A DNA stretch of 61,968 nt, filler included, from Nemertoderma westbladi (taxonomy: Eukaryota > Animalia > Xenacoelomorpha): assembly GCA_032718475.1 (NCBI GenBank). It is 4 parts of 4 records of this genome, joined end to end, with 100 filler letters (N's around TTAATTAATTAA, not from the genome) between each part and the next. Parts side by side here need not be neighbours in the genome. Positions count along the whole stretch, not along the records: positions 1 to 16,476 come from JAUCBJ010000371.1; positions 16,577 to 39,971 come from JAUCBJ010006942.1; 2 more parts are not named here. One strand, written 5' to 3'. The notes beneath the pieces are model-generated. The model was not told the origin of the DNA. It saw only the letters and a program-made list of their open reading frames with translations, and searched no databases. The first letter of the stretch is position 1, and each line of letters begins with the position of its first letter. Shown piece by piece: positions 12,570-24,167 of this stretch. The position numbers were made by a program, and so were the translations under genes.

Positions 12570-13025
12570 AGTGTGGTATATAGACATACCACGAGAGTAG
12601 TAGCAGGGTACATAGTATCGGAGTAGCAGGGTACAAAGTACCGAGAGAGTTAGAGGTTGTGGGCACTGAAAGCGCCACGTAGAAAGAGAGTAGAGGGCAT
12701 GGTATGCAGATATACCATAGAAAGAGAGTAGAGGGGTTATGGGCACCGAGAGCGCCACGTAGAAAGAGAGTTAGAGGTTGTGGGCACCGAAAGCGCCACG
12801 TAGAAAGAGAGTAGAGGGTATGGTATGCAGGTATACCATAGAGGTAGTAGCAGAGGGGTTGTGGGCACCAAAAGCGCCACGTAGTGAGAGAGTGAAGGGT
12901 GTGGTAAGTAGATATTAGGTTGTGGGATGGAGTAGGTAGTAGGTAGTTTATGTAGGTTGTGTAGGTAGTAGCAGTATTAGGGTACATAGTACCAAGTTAG
13001 AGGTTGTGGGCACCGAGAGCATAGT
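12570..13025 (+). repeat. Array of two alternating hairpin modules with purine-rich linkers in the 3' UTR of the LTR element
   Basis: GTGGGCACCGAAAGCGCCAC about 5 copies and ATGGTATGCAGGTATACCAT-type about 3 copies, separated by GTAGAAAGAGAGTAGAGG. Confidence 0.7.
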
Positions 13026-16000
13026 AGAGAGTATGTAGGCATAGCATAGTAGTAGTAGGGTACTTAGTGGTAAGAAGTTCTTAAGGGTAAGAAGCAAGTA
13101 GCAAGGTAGATAGGATGATAGCACAGACAGGGGTAAGACTAAGGAAAATTGGCACTTTGGGAGTGGTAGAGATCACAGGACATTGTCGAGCAGTGGGGAT
13201 GGGCCAGCTCATGGGCCTTGTCTGCCATAAGCCGATGGACTGGGGCAAGTTCCGGTGGGAGCACGGAGCGGGCACAGGACATTGTGGAGCAGTGGCGATT
13301 GGCCAGCTCATGAGGCTTGTCTGCCACAAGCCGATGGACTGGGGTAAGTTCCGAGAGGAGTATGAGAGGAGTGCGAGGGAAGTATGGAGAGGAGGTGTTG
13401 GTGCATGAGGAAGTGAGAGGAGTGCAATTCAAGCATGGGGAGCGAGCAGGGAGAGAGGAAGAGTCCCAAAGGGGGAGAGAGAGAGAGTAAGGGACAGAGA
13501 GGTCCGAGAGTAAGATAGAGTAGAATGAGGTTAGAGTGAGTTCAGGGCGAAGTGGTATAAAATTGTGTGAAAAGGGAGTCCACAATTGTATCGAACAGAG
13601 ACGTCAGATACCTTGGTGCAACATAGCTCGCGATTGCACCAAGGAGGGGTAGTAACATCATACCCAGGGGGGGCGGCCTAGAAAGCCAACCCCGAGAAAA
13701 GAACTCCACCCCACACCCGATATTAGATCGGGTTCCAGCGGAATTGTAGCGCACTTGAGGTTGATGCTATCTTCTCACCGGGAAGATAGCATGGGGGGGA
13801 GTGTAAGCGGATTCAATTCCACTTCATTACCCACCAGAAAATGGGCTAGTGGCATTTTAGCAATATGTTGGGGATACGAGATTACCAATATCAATCTCGT
13901 ATCATAACAAACATTGGGGGGGGGGGGGGGGCGACACATGCCCCGAAGCCACATAGAAAGGAAGGTTAGAGGTCAAACCACCTCGGAGGGAACACAGCTA
14001 GTAGAGGCTAGCAGTGGGGGGGAAACACTCCCAGAGAGTGAGAGTGCCAAGGTGACAAGTAGTATATTAGCCAATAGAAGGGAGGGAAGCACGTGATCGG
14101 GAACAGCAAAGCATCCATTGGGTAGAAGGCCAAAGTAGAGTAAGAAGTTGAAGCAATATTCAATGTATTAGCCATATATTATCTCAGATTGTTATATTAG
14201 TGCATCAGTTGTGTTATTAAGTTTTAGAGCAGTCCGGTCATAGTTATTGACTGAAACCGCCATACCGGTAACTATATTCAGTTATTCTGCAATTTCTACA
14301 TTGTGCTATTATCGAACGTATTAACTAATAACGAGACAACAATAACTCTCATTGTTTTTACCCAACGGCCTCGGCCAAAGCTATTAGCACGATCCCCAAT
14401 GCAGAACGGTGACGCGTATTCTAACTGGTCGGGATCTCTGATCCCGTCACAACACCCTTTATGGGACACAAACACCCTATATGGGACATAAACAACATAT
14501 TTTGGACAAATTTAAATTAAAGCTATGATAGTAAATTCTATATTCTTTTGAGTACTCCATTACATTTAGAAACTATTTAAATCATTATAAGAAATGTACA
14601 CCCTATTCAGGACAGAAACACCCTATACGGGACACAAACAACCTATTTGTGAAAAATTGTAATTAAAGCTATGATAGTGAATTATATTTTATTTTGAGTA
14701 TTCCATTATATTTATAAACTATGTAAAATCATTTTGAGAAAGTCATACGCTATTTGGCACACAAACACCCTATATGGGACAAAAACAACCTATTTGGGAC
14801 AAATTTAAATAAAAGCTATGATAGTGAATTATATTTTCTTTTGAGTATTACATTATTTATAAACTATGTAAAATCATTTTGAGAAAGTCACACGAAATTT
14901 GGGACACAAACACCCTATATGGGACATAAACAACCTATTTTGGACAAATTTAAATTAAAGCTATGATAGTGAATTCCATATTCTTTTGAGTATTCCATTT
15001 CATTTAGAAAATATTTGAAATCATTATAAGCAATTCACACCCTATACGGGACACAAACACCCTATATGAGACAAAAACAACCTATTTGGGACAAATTGAA
15101 ATTAAAACTATGGTAGTGAATTCTATATTCTTTTGAGTATTCCATGAGATTTAGAAACTATTTAAATCATTTTGAGAAAGTCATACGCTATTTGGGATAC
15201 AAACACCCTATAGGGGACACAAACACCCTATATGGCACACAAACAACCTATTTGGGACTAATTTAAATGAAAGCTATGATAGTGAATTCTATATTCTTTT
15301 GAGTATTCCATTACATTTCGAAACTATTTGAAATCATCATAAGCACTTCACACCCTATACGGGACAAAAACACCCTGTATGGGACACAAACACCCTATAT
15401 GGGACATAAACAACCTATTTGGGACAAATTGGAATTAAAGCTATGATTATGAAGTCGATATTCTTTTCAGTATTCCTTTACATTTATAAACTATTTGAAA
15501 TAATTTTGATAAAGCTATAGGCTATTTTGGACAAAATCAACCTATATGGGACACAAACACTCTATATGGGACACTAACAACCTATTTGAGTCAAATTTAA
15601 GACTTATTAAGGACTATTTGGGATGAAGTTGAGCCTGGGGAAGGAGGTTGCGATATCACTAATTTGATTGTCATTTATTTTTATTATTATACGAATGTAT
15701 TTAGATTTATTATAAGTGAATAAATTGCACCACATAAATAAATTGCACAATGAATAAATTGCACAACATGAATAAATTGCACAATAAATTATAAAAAATA
15801 AATCAAAAAATAATAAATTGCATAAAATGAAATGAAATACGTGACTATAATGCATCACAGTCTTACAGGCCATTTGCAAGGCACCCACAGTATATCTTTA
15901 ACCATACATAACTAGGGAGCATGTATTCCAAATGCCCTTATTTAGAATGGGAATTTCCACTGTACATATACCTCAACCAGCTCTTGTCCCCAATACGTTG

Positions 16001-16163
16001 CTCTGTCCAGTATAGGTTGTTATAATGAGCCCCGGATTCGTAGCGGACACTTGGATTATATATCAGTGGAATTTTCCATTAACCTTTATTATTATTATTA
16101 TTAAGTTTATTGACGATAAAAACTTACCAGTAAATAGCCACAAGTACGGTGGCTGAATTCGGC

Positions 16164-16476
16164 CAAAATTAATTATATTATGAAAACACGTTTTTGGTGA
16201 TGTTGTAAAATTAATTATATTATGAAAACACGTTTCTGGTGATGTTGTAAAATTAATTATATTATGAAAACAAGTTTCTGGTAATTTTGTAAAATTAATT
16301 ATATTATGAAAACACGTTTTTGGATGAACTTGCAAAATTAATTATATTATGAAAACACGTTTTTGGATGAACTTGCAAAATTAATTATATTATGAAAACA
16401 CGTTTTTGGATGAACTTGCAAAATTAATTATAATATTATGAAAACACGTTTTTGGTTGAACTGGCAAAATTAATTA
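16164..16476. repeat. 42-bp AT-rich minisatellite running into the contig end
   Basis: Unit AAAATTAATTATATTATGAAAACACGTTTTTGGTGATGTTGT, about 7 copies. Confidence 0.9.
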
Positions 16477-16576
16477 NNNNNNNNNNNNNNNNNNNNNNNN
16501 NNNNNNNNNNNNNNNNNNNNTTAATTAATTAANNNNNNNNNNNNNNNNNNNNNNNNNNNNNNNNNNNNNNNNNNNN
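16477..16576. other. Artificial contig spacer
   Basis: 44 N + TTAATTAATTAA (stops in all six frames) + 44 N. Confidence 0.95.
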
Positions 16577-18509
16577 ATGGACGGATCCAGCAGAGCAGAA
16601 CTGGATGTTGGACGGATTCAGCAGAGCAGAACTGGATGTTGGACGGATCCAGCAGAGCAGAACTGGATGATGGACGGATCCAGCAGAGCAGAACTGGATG
16701 TTGGACGGATTCAGCAGAGCAGAACTGGATGTTGGACGGATTCAGCAGAGCAGAACTGGATGTTGGACGGATCCAGCAGAGCAGAACTGGATGATGGACG
16801 GATCCAGCAGAGCAGAACTGGATGTTGGACGAATCCAGCAGAGCAGAACTGGATGTTGGATGGATCCAGCAGAGCAGAACTGGATGTTGGACGAATCCAG
16901 CAGAGCAGAACTGGATGTTGGATGGATCCAGCAGAGCAGAACTGGATGTTGGACGGATCCAGCAGAGCAGAACTGGATGATGGACGGATCCAGCAGAGCA
17001 GAACTGGATGTTGGACGGATTCAGCAGAGCAGAACTGGATGTTAGAGCAGAACTGGATGTTGGACGAATCCAGCAGAGCAGAACTGGATGTTGGACGGAT
17101 CCAGCAGAGCAGAACTGGATGTTGGACGGATTCAGCAGAGCAGAACTGGATGTTAGAGCAGAACTGGATGTTGGACGAATCCAGCAGAGCAGAACTGGAT
17201 GTTGGATGGATCCAGCAGAGCAGAACTGGATGTTGGACGGATCCAGCAGAGCAGAACTGGATGATGGACGGATCCAGCAGAGCAGAACTGGATGTTGGAC
17301 GGATTCAGCAGAGCAGAACTGGATGTTAGAGCAGAACTGGATGTTGGACGGATCCAGCAGAGCAGAACTGGATGATGGACGGATCCAGCAGAGCAGAACT
17401 GGATGTTGGACGGATTCAGCAGAGCAGAACTGGATGTTGGACGGATCCAGCAGAGCAGAACTGGATGTTGGACGGATTCAGCAGAGCAGAACTGGATGTT
17501 AGAGCAGAACTGGATGTTGGACGGATCCAGCAGACCAGAACTGGATGTTGGACGGATCCAGCAGAGCAGAACTGGATGTTGGATGGATCCAGCAGAGCAG
17601 AACTGGATGTTGGACGGATCCAGCAGAGCAGAACTGGATGTTGGACGGATTCAGCAGAGCAGAACTGGATGTTGGACGAATCCAGCAGAGCAGAACTGGA
17701 TGTTGGACGGATTCAGCAGAGCAGAACTGGATGTTGGACGAATCCAGCAGAGCAGAACTGGATGTTGGACGGATTCAGCAGAGCAGAAGTGGACGATGGA
17801 CGGATCCAGCAGAGCAGAACTGGATGTTGGACGGATTCAGCAGAGCAGAACTGGATGTTGGACGAATCCAGCAGAGCAGAACTGGATGTTGGACGGATTC
17901 AGCAGAGCAGAAGTGGACGATGGACGGATTCAGCAGAGCAGAACTGGACGTTGGACGGATTCAGCAGAGCAGAACTGGATGTTGGATGGATCCAGCAGAG
18001 CAGAACTGGATGTTGGACGAATCCAGCAGAGCAGAACTGGATGTTGGACGGATTCAGCAGAGCAGAAGTGGACGATGGACGGATCCAGCAGAGCAGAACT
18101 GGATGTTGGACGGATTCAGCAGAGCAGAACTGGATGTTGGACGAATCCAGCAGAGCAGAACTGGATGTTGGACGGATTCAGCAGAGCAGAAGTGGACGAT
18201 GGACGGATTCAGCAGAGCAGAACTGGATGTTGGACGAATCCAGCAGAGCAGAACTGGATGTTGGACGGATTCAGCAGAGCAGAAGTGGACGATGGACGGA
18301 TTCAGCAGAGCAGAAGTGGACGATGGACGGATTCAGCAGAGCAGAACTGGACGTTGGACGGATTCAGCAGAGCAGAACTGGATGTTGGATGGATCCAGCA
18401 GAGCAGAACTGGATGTTGGACGGATCCAGCAGAGCAGAACTGGATGATGGACGGATCCAGCAGAGCAGAACTGGATGTTGGACGGATCCAGCAGAGCAGA
18501 AGTGGATGT
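16577..18509. repeat. 31-bp minisatellite (about 60 copies)
   Basis: Unit GGACGGATCCAGCAGAGCAGAACTGGATGTT with variant and truncated units. Confidence 0.95.
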
Positions 18510-18699
18510 CGTTATTTCTCACTCGTGTTTGCGTGTGTGTTTGTTGGTGTGTAGGTGTAGGTGTGTGGGGGGGGGGGGGGTGTTTGTTTGTATACACAAC
18601 TTCTTGCACTTGATTGGCAACGCCACCACCACCTCTCTATCTTTCAATCCGAGTGCTTACGACTCTCAGATGATTTGTATGGTATGTATACAGTACACC

Positions 18700-20733
18700 A
18701 TGACCCGTAATATAGTGCCATTTTCTGATGACACGGACCCCCCCCCCCCCCCCCCCCCTCAAATTTTTCTTCAAATCTTTATCATATTGCTTGAAATTTG
18801 AAACATAACCGTGGTTGTTACAATGAAGCCGGAATATTCCTCGATTTCGCCTTAAAATTTATTTATATGCGTTTTAAAAAAAGTTTATGCGAAATCGCAC
18901 ACTCCGTATTGTTGTCATTCTTCACATTAATCGTAATTATAGATATCATTTGAAAGCTTTCGTTTCAAGGATTCCAAATATGTAACAAAATCTGAATTTC
19001 GTTGAGAAACAGCTGAGAAATAGGCGTTCAAAGATTGCAAGAATTAAAAGATTGCAGGAATTATCGTTCGCTGCAGGCCATTTATCCTATTTAATAAATA
19101 CACAATATTCTGGATCAATTTGTTTATGTATGATTAGCTACGCAATACACCATGTCCTGTAATATAGTGTCGTTGTTCAGGTACCTCCCCCCCCCCCCCA
19201 AAAAAAAAAATTACAGAAATTTACACAAATTCAATATATTACACCATGTCTTGGAAATGGTGTTGTTATTCAGGTACCTCCCCCCCCCCCCCCCCCCCCC
19301 CGCCCCCCCACATTTTCTACAAATCTTAATGAGATTGCAAGAAATTTGAAACAGAGGAGATAGTTTCACCTCCCTCCTCCTCCGTGGGTTAGCCAGAATT
19401 TTTATATTTGCTTTCATTCTTTAGCTACAAGTGTTTGAAAAAGGAGTCTCCGGCGATATTTCACCAGTTACACTGCAGTTATTCTTGAAACTTATCGCGA
19501 TTTGTTGGTACCAATAGAAAGCTGACCGTGCAAGGATTCCAGAAATGTAAGAATATTTGAATTTGGTTTGGAAACACCTGAGACATGGACATTCGAATGT
19601 TGCATGTATTTGCTTCCCCTGCAGGCAATTTATTCTATTTAATTGATGTACCATATTCTAGAACATTTTGTTTATTACATACGTAGCTGGACAACAATAC
19701 AATACCTCTTTAATTTTACTATTACGTAGCTATTCATAAATAAAAATATAATATATAAAATATAATAATTCTGTTCCAGAATATGGTATTTTTATTTAAT
19801 AAAATAAAATAGCCTCATGCAGATGCAAAACCAAGCATGCAACATTTGAACGCTCATCTCAGCTATTTCCCAACCAAATTCAGATTATGTTACATATTTG
19901 GCATCCTTACATGGCCAGCTTTCCATCAGTTCCAACAAATCACTATATTGTAGAAGAATAACTATGGGGTAACTGGTGAAATATCGACGGAGACACTTTT
20001 TTAAACGCTTGTAGCTAATTAATGAAAGCAAAAATAAAAAATTTTCTGGCTCACCCACGGAGGATGAGGGAGGTGAAACTATCTCTGTTTCAAATTTCAT
20101 GCAATCTCATTACGATTTGTAGAAAAATTTGGGGGGGGGGGGCATATACCTGAATAACGACACTATATTCCAGGACATGGTGTATAGATATTGTATAGGC
20201 ATACCGCTGTTGCCTATCAACTCAAAAAATAAATAACACAACAATAGCAAATTATATATATATTTGGAATCCACGCAAGCTTTATATGGATATGAAAAAA
20301 TTACGACTAATGTGAGGAATGGCAATGAATATAAGATGCGATTTTGTAAAATACACTTTTTTAAAACGCTTATAAAAAAAATTAACATCATTAATTTTGC
20401 GGACATACAAGGTATCAGATAGTATTTCCAGGTCTATCTTTTACCTGAGCCGCTAGCTGAATGGTTAGATCGTCAGACTTCCAACTCGGAGGTCACCAGT
20501 TCGATCCCACCTGGAAGTCATTGCCGACTTTGCAAAAGGTGTGCCCAACAAAAAGTTATAAAAAAAATTAAAGGCGAAATCGAAAATGGTAACAACCACT
20601 GTGAGTTTAACTAGTTGTGTTTCAAATTTCAAGCAATATGATAAAGATTTGTAGAAGATTTTTTTTGGGGGGGGGGGGGGGGGGGTCCGGTCCGGTCCGT
20701 TTCATCAGAAAATGACACTATATTACGGGTCAT
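18700..20733. mobile_element. Second foldback-like / long-TIR non-autonomous element made of diverged modules
   Basis: 18700-18805 (ATGACCCGTAATATAGTG...CCCC...GCTTGAAATTTGAAACA) is inverted at 20618-20733. Inner modules 19240-19600 are inverted at ~19870-20185. A further fragment lies at ~30720-30880. Confidence 0.6.
20447..20520 (+). mobile_element. tRNA-derived SINE head or tRNA pseudogene
   Basis: A-box TAGCTGAATGG (20454) and B-box GTTCGATCC (20499); acceptor and T stems pair poorly. Confidence 0.55.
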
Positions 20734-21408
20734 CGAGTACTACAACAAGAAAATACACGTGTCTTAAATATCGATAATTAGTGCAATGATTTCAGAAACT
20801 TAACAATTTCCTGCAATTTCCGAATTATTTTACTCGTAATTAATTCCAACGTTATGGAATTATAATAGAAATATTTTTCTAATTCATATCTTTTTAAAAT
20901 TAATCAATTCTATGAAAGAAATACTCAAAAAGGAAAATTATTAACACCAGGAAACACCAACTAACCGCATAATCAGTAATTTATTTTACCTAATAAATAG
21001 GCTGCTTGTTCCTCCATATGTATTGGGAGGTCCGGCTCCAGGGATATACGTTGCTTTCTTGTAAGGCGATAAAACCTATAACGCAAACTGAATTCATCGA
21101 ATTCTAATTATTGAGTCGAGTTAAAAATAGAAGCACCCTGGGTATTTCGACTTCCTTTTGGTTTCTGGCGGTCCATTCCATTGTCTAATATTTTGTATTC
21201 TTCTAAGTTTACTAGAAAGGCATTTCCTATAGGAAATGCAACCACGAAGCAGAAACCCGATTTGTTCCAGATTACCGATAGGCCTATAAATTACCGACCT
21301 GCATACTGATAGTGACTCACTAGGCGGTACGCATGTGTTTGGGTATAGCAACCACCCCCCCAACCTTTCAAGGTTGAAAAACTGTGAAAAATCTTTCTCA
21401 CATTTTTA

Positions 21409-23341
21409 TTATTTATAATTATTATTCGATCTTCTCAGATGCCTTTTTTTAGTTGTAAAACGTGACTTCATTCTCAATAACAGGCTCGATTGTGGCGCCA
21501 TTTCAGTTGTCTGCCACTTAGTAACTACATCCTCCACCACATCTAGAGTGCCCAGTCGGCGGTATTCTTCAATAATATCAATGAAAACCTGAATCCCAAA
21601 CCAAATATTCTCAGCGGTGCCATCATCAACATTATCCACATGCTCCACTACAGCTTCAGCATTTGACGGCATGGTAGTGAAGAAGCTGTCCTTTTGGCTG
21701 GGAATGATAAACCGTGGCATGATGCCGGTGGCAGCACACATAAACCCCCAAAGAGAAGTCAGACTGTACTCGTGAAGAAGGCCTTCCGTTGTGAGAAGTC
21801 CTTTAAATATGGGGTCAGACGAGGGAAGTCCCAGTTTTAGGCAGACTCGGGAGAACGTCTCACGATAAACATCTAGGTATTCATGAAGATGTTCTTTCCT
21901 CATCGCCGGTGTCGACACTTGGGAGAGGTAATGGTGAACGTCTGTAAGTGAAGAGGAAAATCGGTGAATTTGGAAGTCGAAGAACTTAACTCTCCCCGTG
22001 GCAGCGAGGAAGGCAACGTTCCACATGTGAAAGTCCCCGTGACACACTACGTTAAACGGTCCCTCGCGACTCCCAATGTGACCCATCAAATGGAACACAT
22101 CAGGGATAAATTTACGGATTCGACCCAAAGTTTCAACCATACCCGGTGGAAACTTCAGTGGGATCTTGAGGTTGTCGTCTACAGCAGAGAGGGAGGTGAT
22201 TAGTTGGATGTGGTATGTGAGAGTATCGGAGAAGCAATGTTTGAGTTGCTGTGCATGGCGCGGTGCTAGGAAGTACTCTTCCAACAGAGGAACCTCTCGC
22301 ACCCATTGGGCCCTTTCTAGAACTTGCATCGCATAGCTAGTTGCATGCCATGATGCTATACCTAAAATAAAGATAAATAAAGGCTCTGCATTACTGTATA
22401 AAACACCTAAACGAATACTACTAAAAATGGTCGAAATTCAACAACATTAGTTGCAACAATCTACATAGTCGAGTGGCTTAGTAGCCCTAACCCTAACTAT
22501 TAACTATCCTATTCTAACTATTAACTAACTATCCCATTCTCCAAAAAAACCAAACCAAACCAAACAAAGGGTATACAGATAGGGAGACTAAGGATCTAAA
22601 TAGTGATGTTCCAGAATCAAAAAAATTTGCAATAAGCTGTTCCAATTCAATGGGAAAGGCTACTTTTCTACTTAAATTGTTAGTAGGGAGGGACCTCTAT
22701 ACTACTGTATTTACATAGGCACAATAACAGTTTTAGCATTAGTGTCGTACAAAAGTCAACAGGAAATTTTTTACGTCAAACTGTGACAATAAAATTGTCG
22801 ATATTCCTGTCCGTTTTTCCATACCTGTTAATGAGGCTGTAATTTGTTGTAATGAGTGGAAATCTTTCCTGCCAGTAACTGCGTACCCCGGTTTCACAAC
22901 GTCATCCATTATTATTACTAATTTATCCCTCCCTGCGTCCGTCCCACCCGTAACTAACCCACTCCCGTAGTATTTCGGCACCAAACAACTCAATGTTTCT
23001 CCATCCGTCAACCCCTTCCCCCGTCTCGTTTGGAATTCCACCATTCGGGGTAGAATATCTTCGTAGAAGGCGATTTCTTTATCGAAAGTCTTGAGAAAAT
23101 CGTTAAAGTACATCCCGTCCTTAGCGGGAACCTTAGCGAACAAATTCAGTGGAGATTGCTTCCAGTTCACGAACTTTACCTCGGTAACCAGCGGAACACT
23201 CGTCAAACCGAGAATGACGCCTTCCTGCAGTTTCTCTACAGTCACTTTAGCTACCTTCCCCAAACCAGAATCTTCCACCAGCGACTCCACCAAAAACTCG
23301 ACATTATCGAATATTTTCCTCTTTATCTTCTTCTTTAGCAT
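21409..23341 (-). CDS. Ecdysteroid kinase-like (EcKL / choline-kinase-like) protein, paralog 1; exons 23341-22825 and 22361-21409, ~489 aa
   Basis: A GT-AG phase-1 intron joins two ORFs in frame. Motifs LFAK, E..FY..ILP, PKYYG, IASWHA, VVCHGDFHMWN and FFDFQ. Confidence 0.88.
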
Positions 23342-23494
23342 TTTAGTACAAGGGATTAGCTTAGACTATACTGAAGTACTTTGAGATAGCGATAAACGCA
23401 GTATAAAAAGAAACAAATAAATCAAGGTTCGACATAAAAATCGGTAACAAGTCAGGTGAGCCTTAGTGTAGGGGTATAATTAGTGGGTCGCCTG

Positions 23495-23712
23495 GGGTGT
23501 AAACGCTACGCCGACAACCGACAGCCGACAAGACAACCAACGCCGACAACCATTATTAAAGCTAAGTATTGTTAATTATTAATTGAGGGAAAGGGACAGG
23601 TTACAGTGGAAGGTTATTCTAACCAAAACAATAAACGAGAGTCACGAACTCAGGTTACATTTTCATTTTTGCTGTTGTCGGCAGTGGTTGTCGGTTGTCG
23701 GCGTTTACACCC
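23495..23712. mobile_element. MITE with 12-bp TIR and 9-bp TSD (Mutator-like)
   Basis: TIR GGGTGTAAACGC / GCGTTTACACCC, subterminal CCGACA repeats, TSD GGTCGCCTG (23486-23494 and 23713-23721). Partial copy at ~27945-28010. Confidence 0.8.
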
Positions 23713-24167
23713 GGTCGCCTGTTGTAGTCGGAAATGTTTATTATGATCTTTGTTGGCAACAGCTTAGCAAATTCCGACAATTATGGCTTAACTGACACAC
23801 ACTGAACCATTTGGAAAATGTCCCTAGTAGGCCTACAGTATAATAAATAATAACTGCACGCTGAAAGTTCACCGTTCTATTGTATTTGCAGTTCTATTGT
23901 ATTGATCTCCAACAACATTAAAGTTAAGACGATATTGTAAAAAATAGGAAATAGATAAAATTCTAAAGTCCATTTCCCCGAACCAACACCCCCTTTATTG
24001 AACTGTATAGGCATTCTTGTCTGTAGAATCAGATTCCTGTAATACAAATTATTACAATTAACTAATTAATTGTAGGCCTTGTTAATAAAAAAAAAACTAA
24101 AAGGTTAATTTTTATTACAGTATCGGCATCCCACTAGTCCAACCAAGGAAATAATTCCTTCACTGAA

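Larger units (their letters stand above)
5513..14451 (+). mobile_element. Bel/Pao LTR retrotransposon, chimeric and internally deleted (non-autonomous)
   Basis: 5-bp TSD ACACC (5508-5512 and 14452-14456). The 3' LTR 13802-14451 (TGT...ACA) follows a PPT (GGGGGGGAG). 5' LTR-A spans 5513-7031 and a second LTR-B spans 7032-7588. Contains gag knuckles, a Pao-type protease and an integrase C-terminal (DUF5641-like) remnant. Confidence 0.88.
3904..16088. mobile_element. Foldback-like element: long inverted arms with an outer ~530-bp domain and inner ~155-175-bp tandem units; interrupted by the LTR element
   Basis: 3904-~4560 is the near-perfect reverse complement of ~15450-16088. Tandem units (GTCCCATATAGGGTGTTT / AAACACCCTATATGGGAC) switch orientation at ~5365-5378. 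No coding capacity. Confidence 0.75.

Noticed and set aside
16521-16532. TTAATTAATTAA palindrome centred in N runs (also at ~40016 and ~55588)
   Set aside because: Identical 100-bp six-frame-stop linker used to join contigs; not biological, and adjacency across it is unverified.
16577-18613. Long ORFs and CRISPR-like periodicity in the 31-bp array
   Set aside because: Contiguous units with no unique spacers and no cas genes; the ORFs are by-products of a stop-free repeat unit.
20447-20520. Functional tRNA-Gly(TCC) gene
   Set aside because: A and B boxes are present but acceptor, anticodon and T stems pair poorly; better explained as a SINE head or pseudogene.
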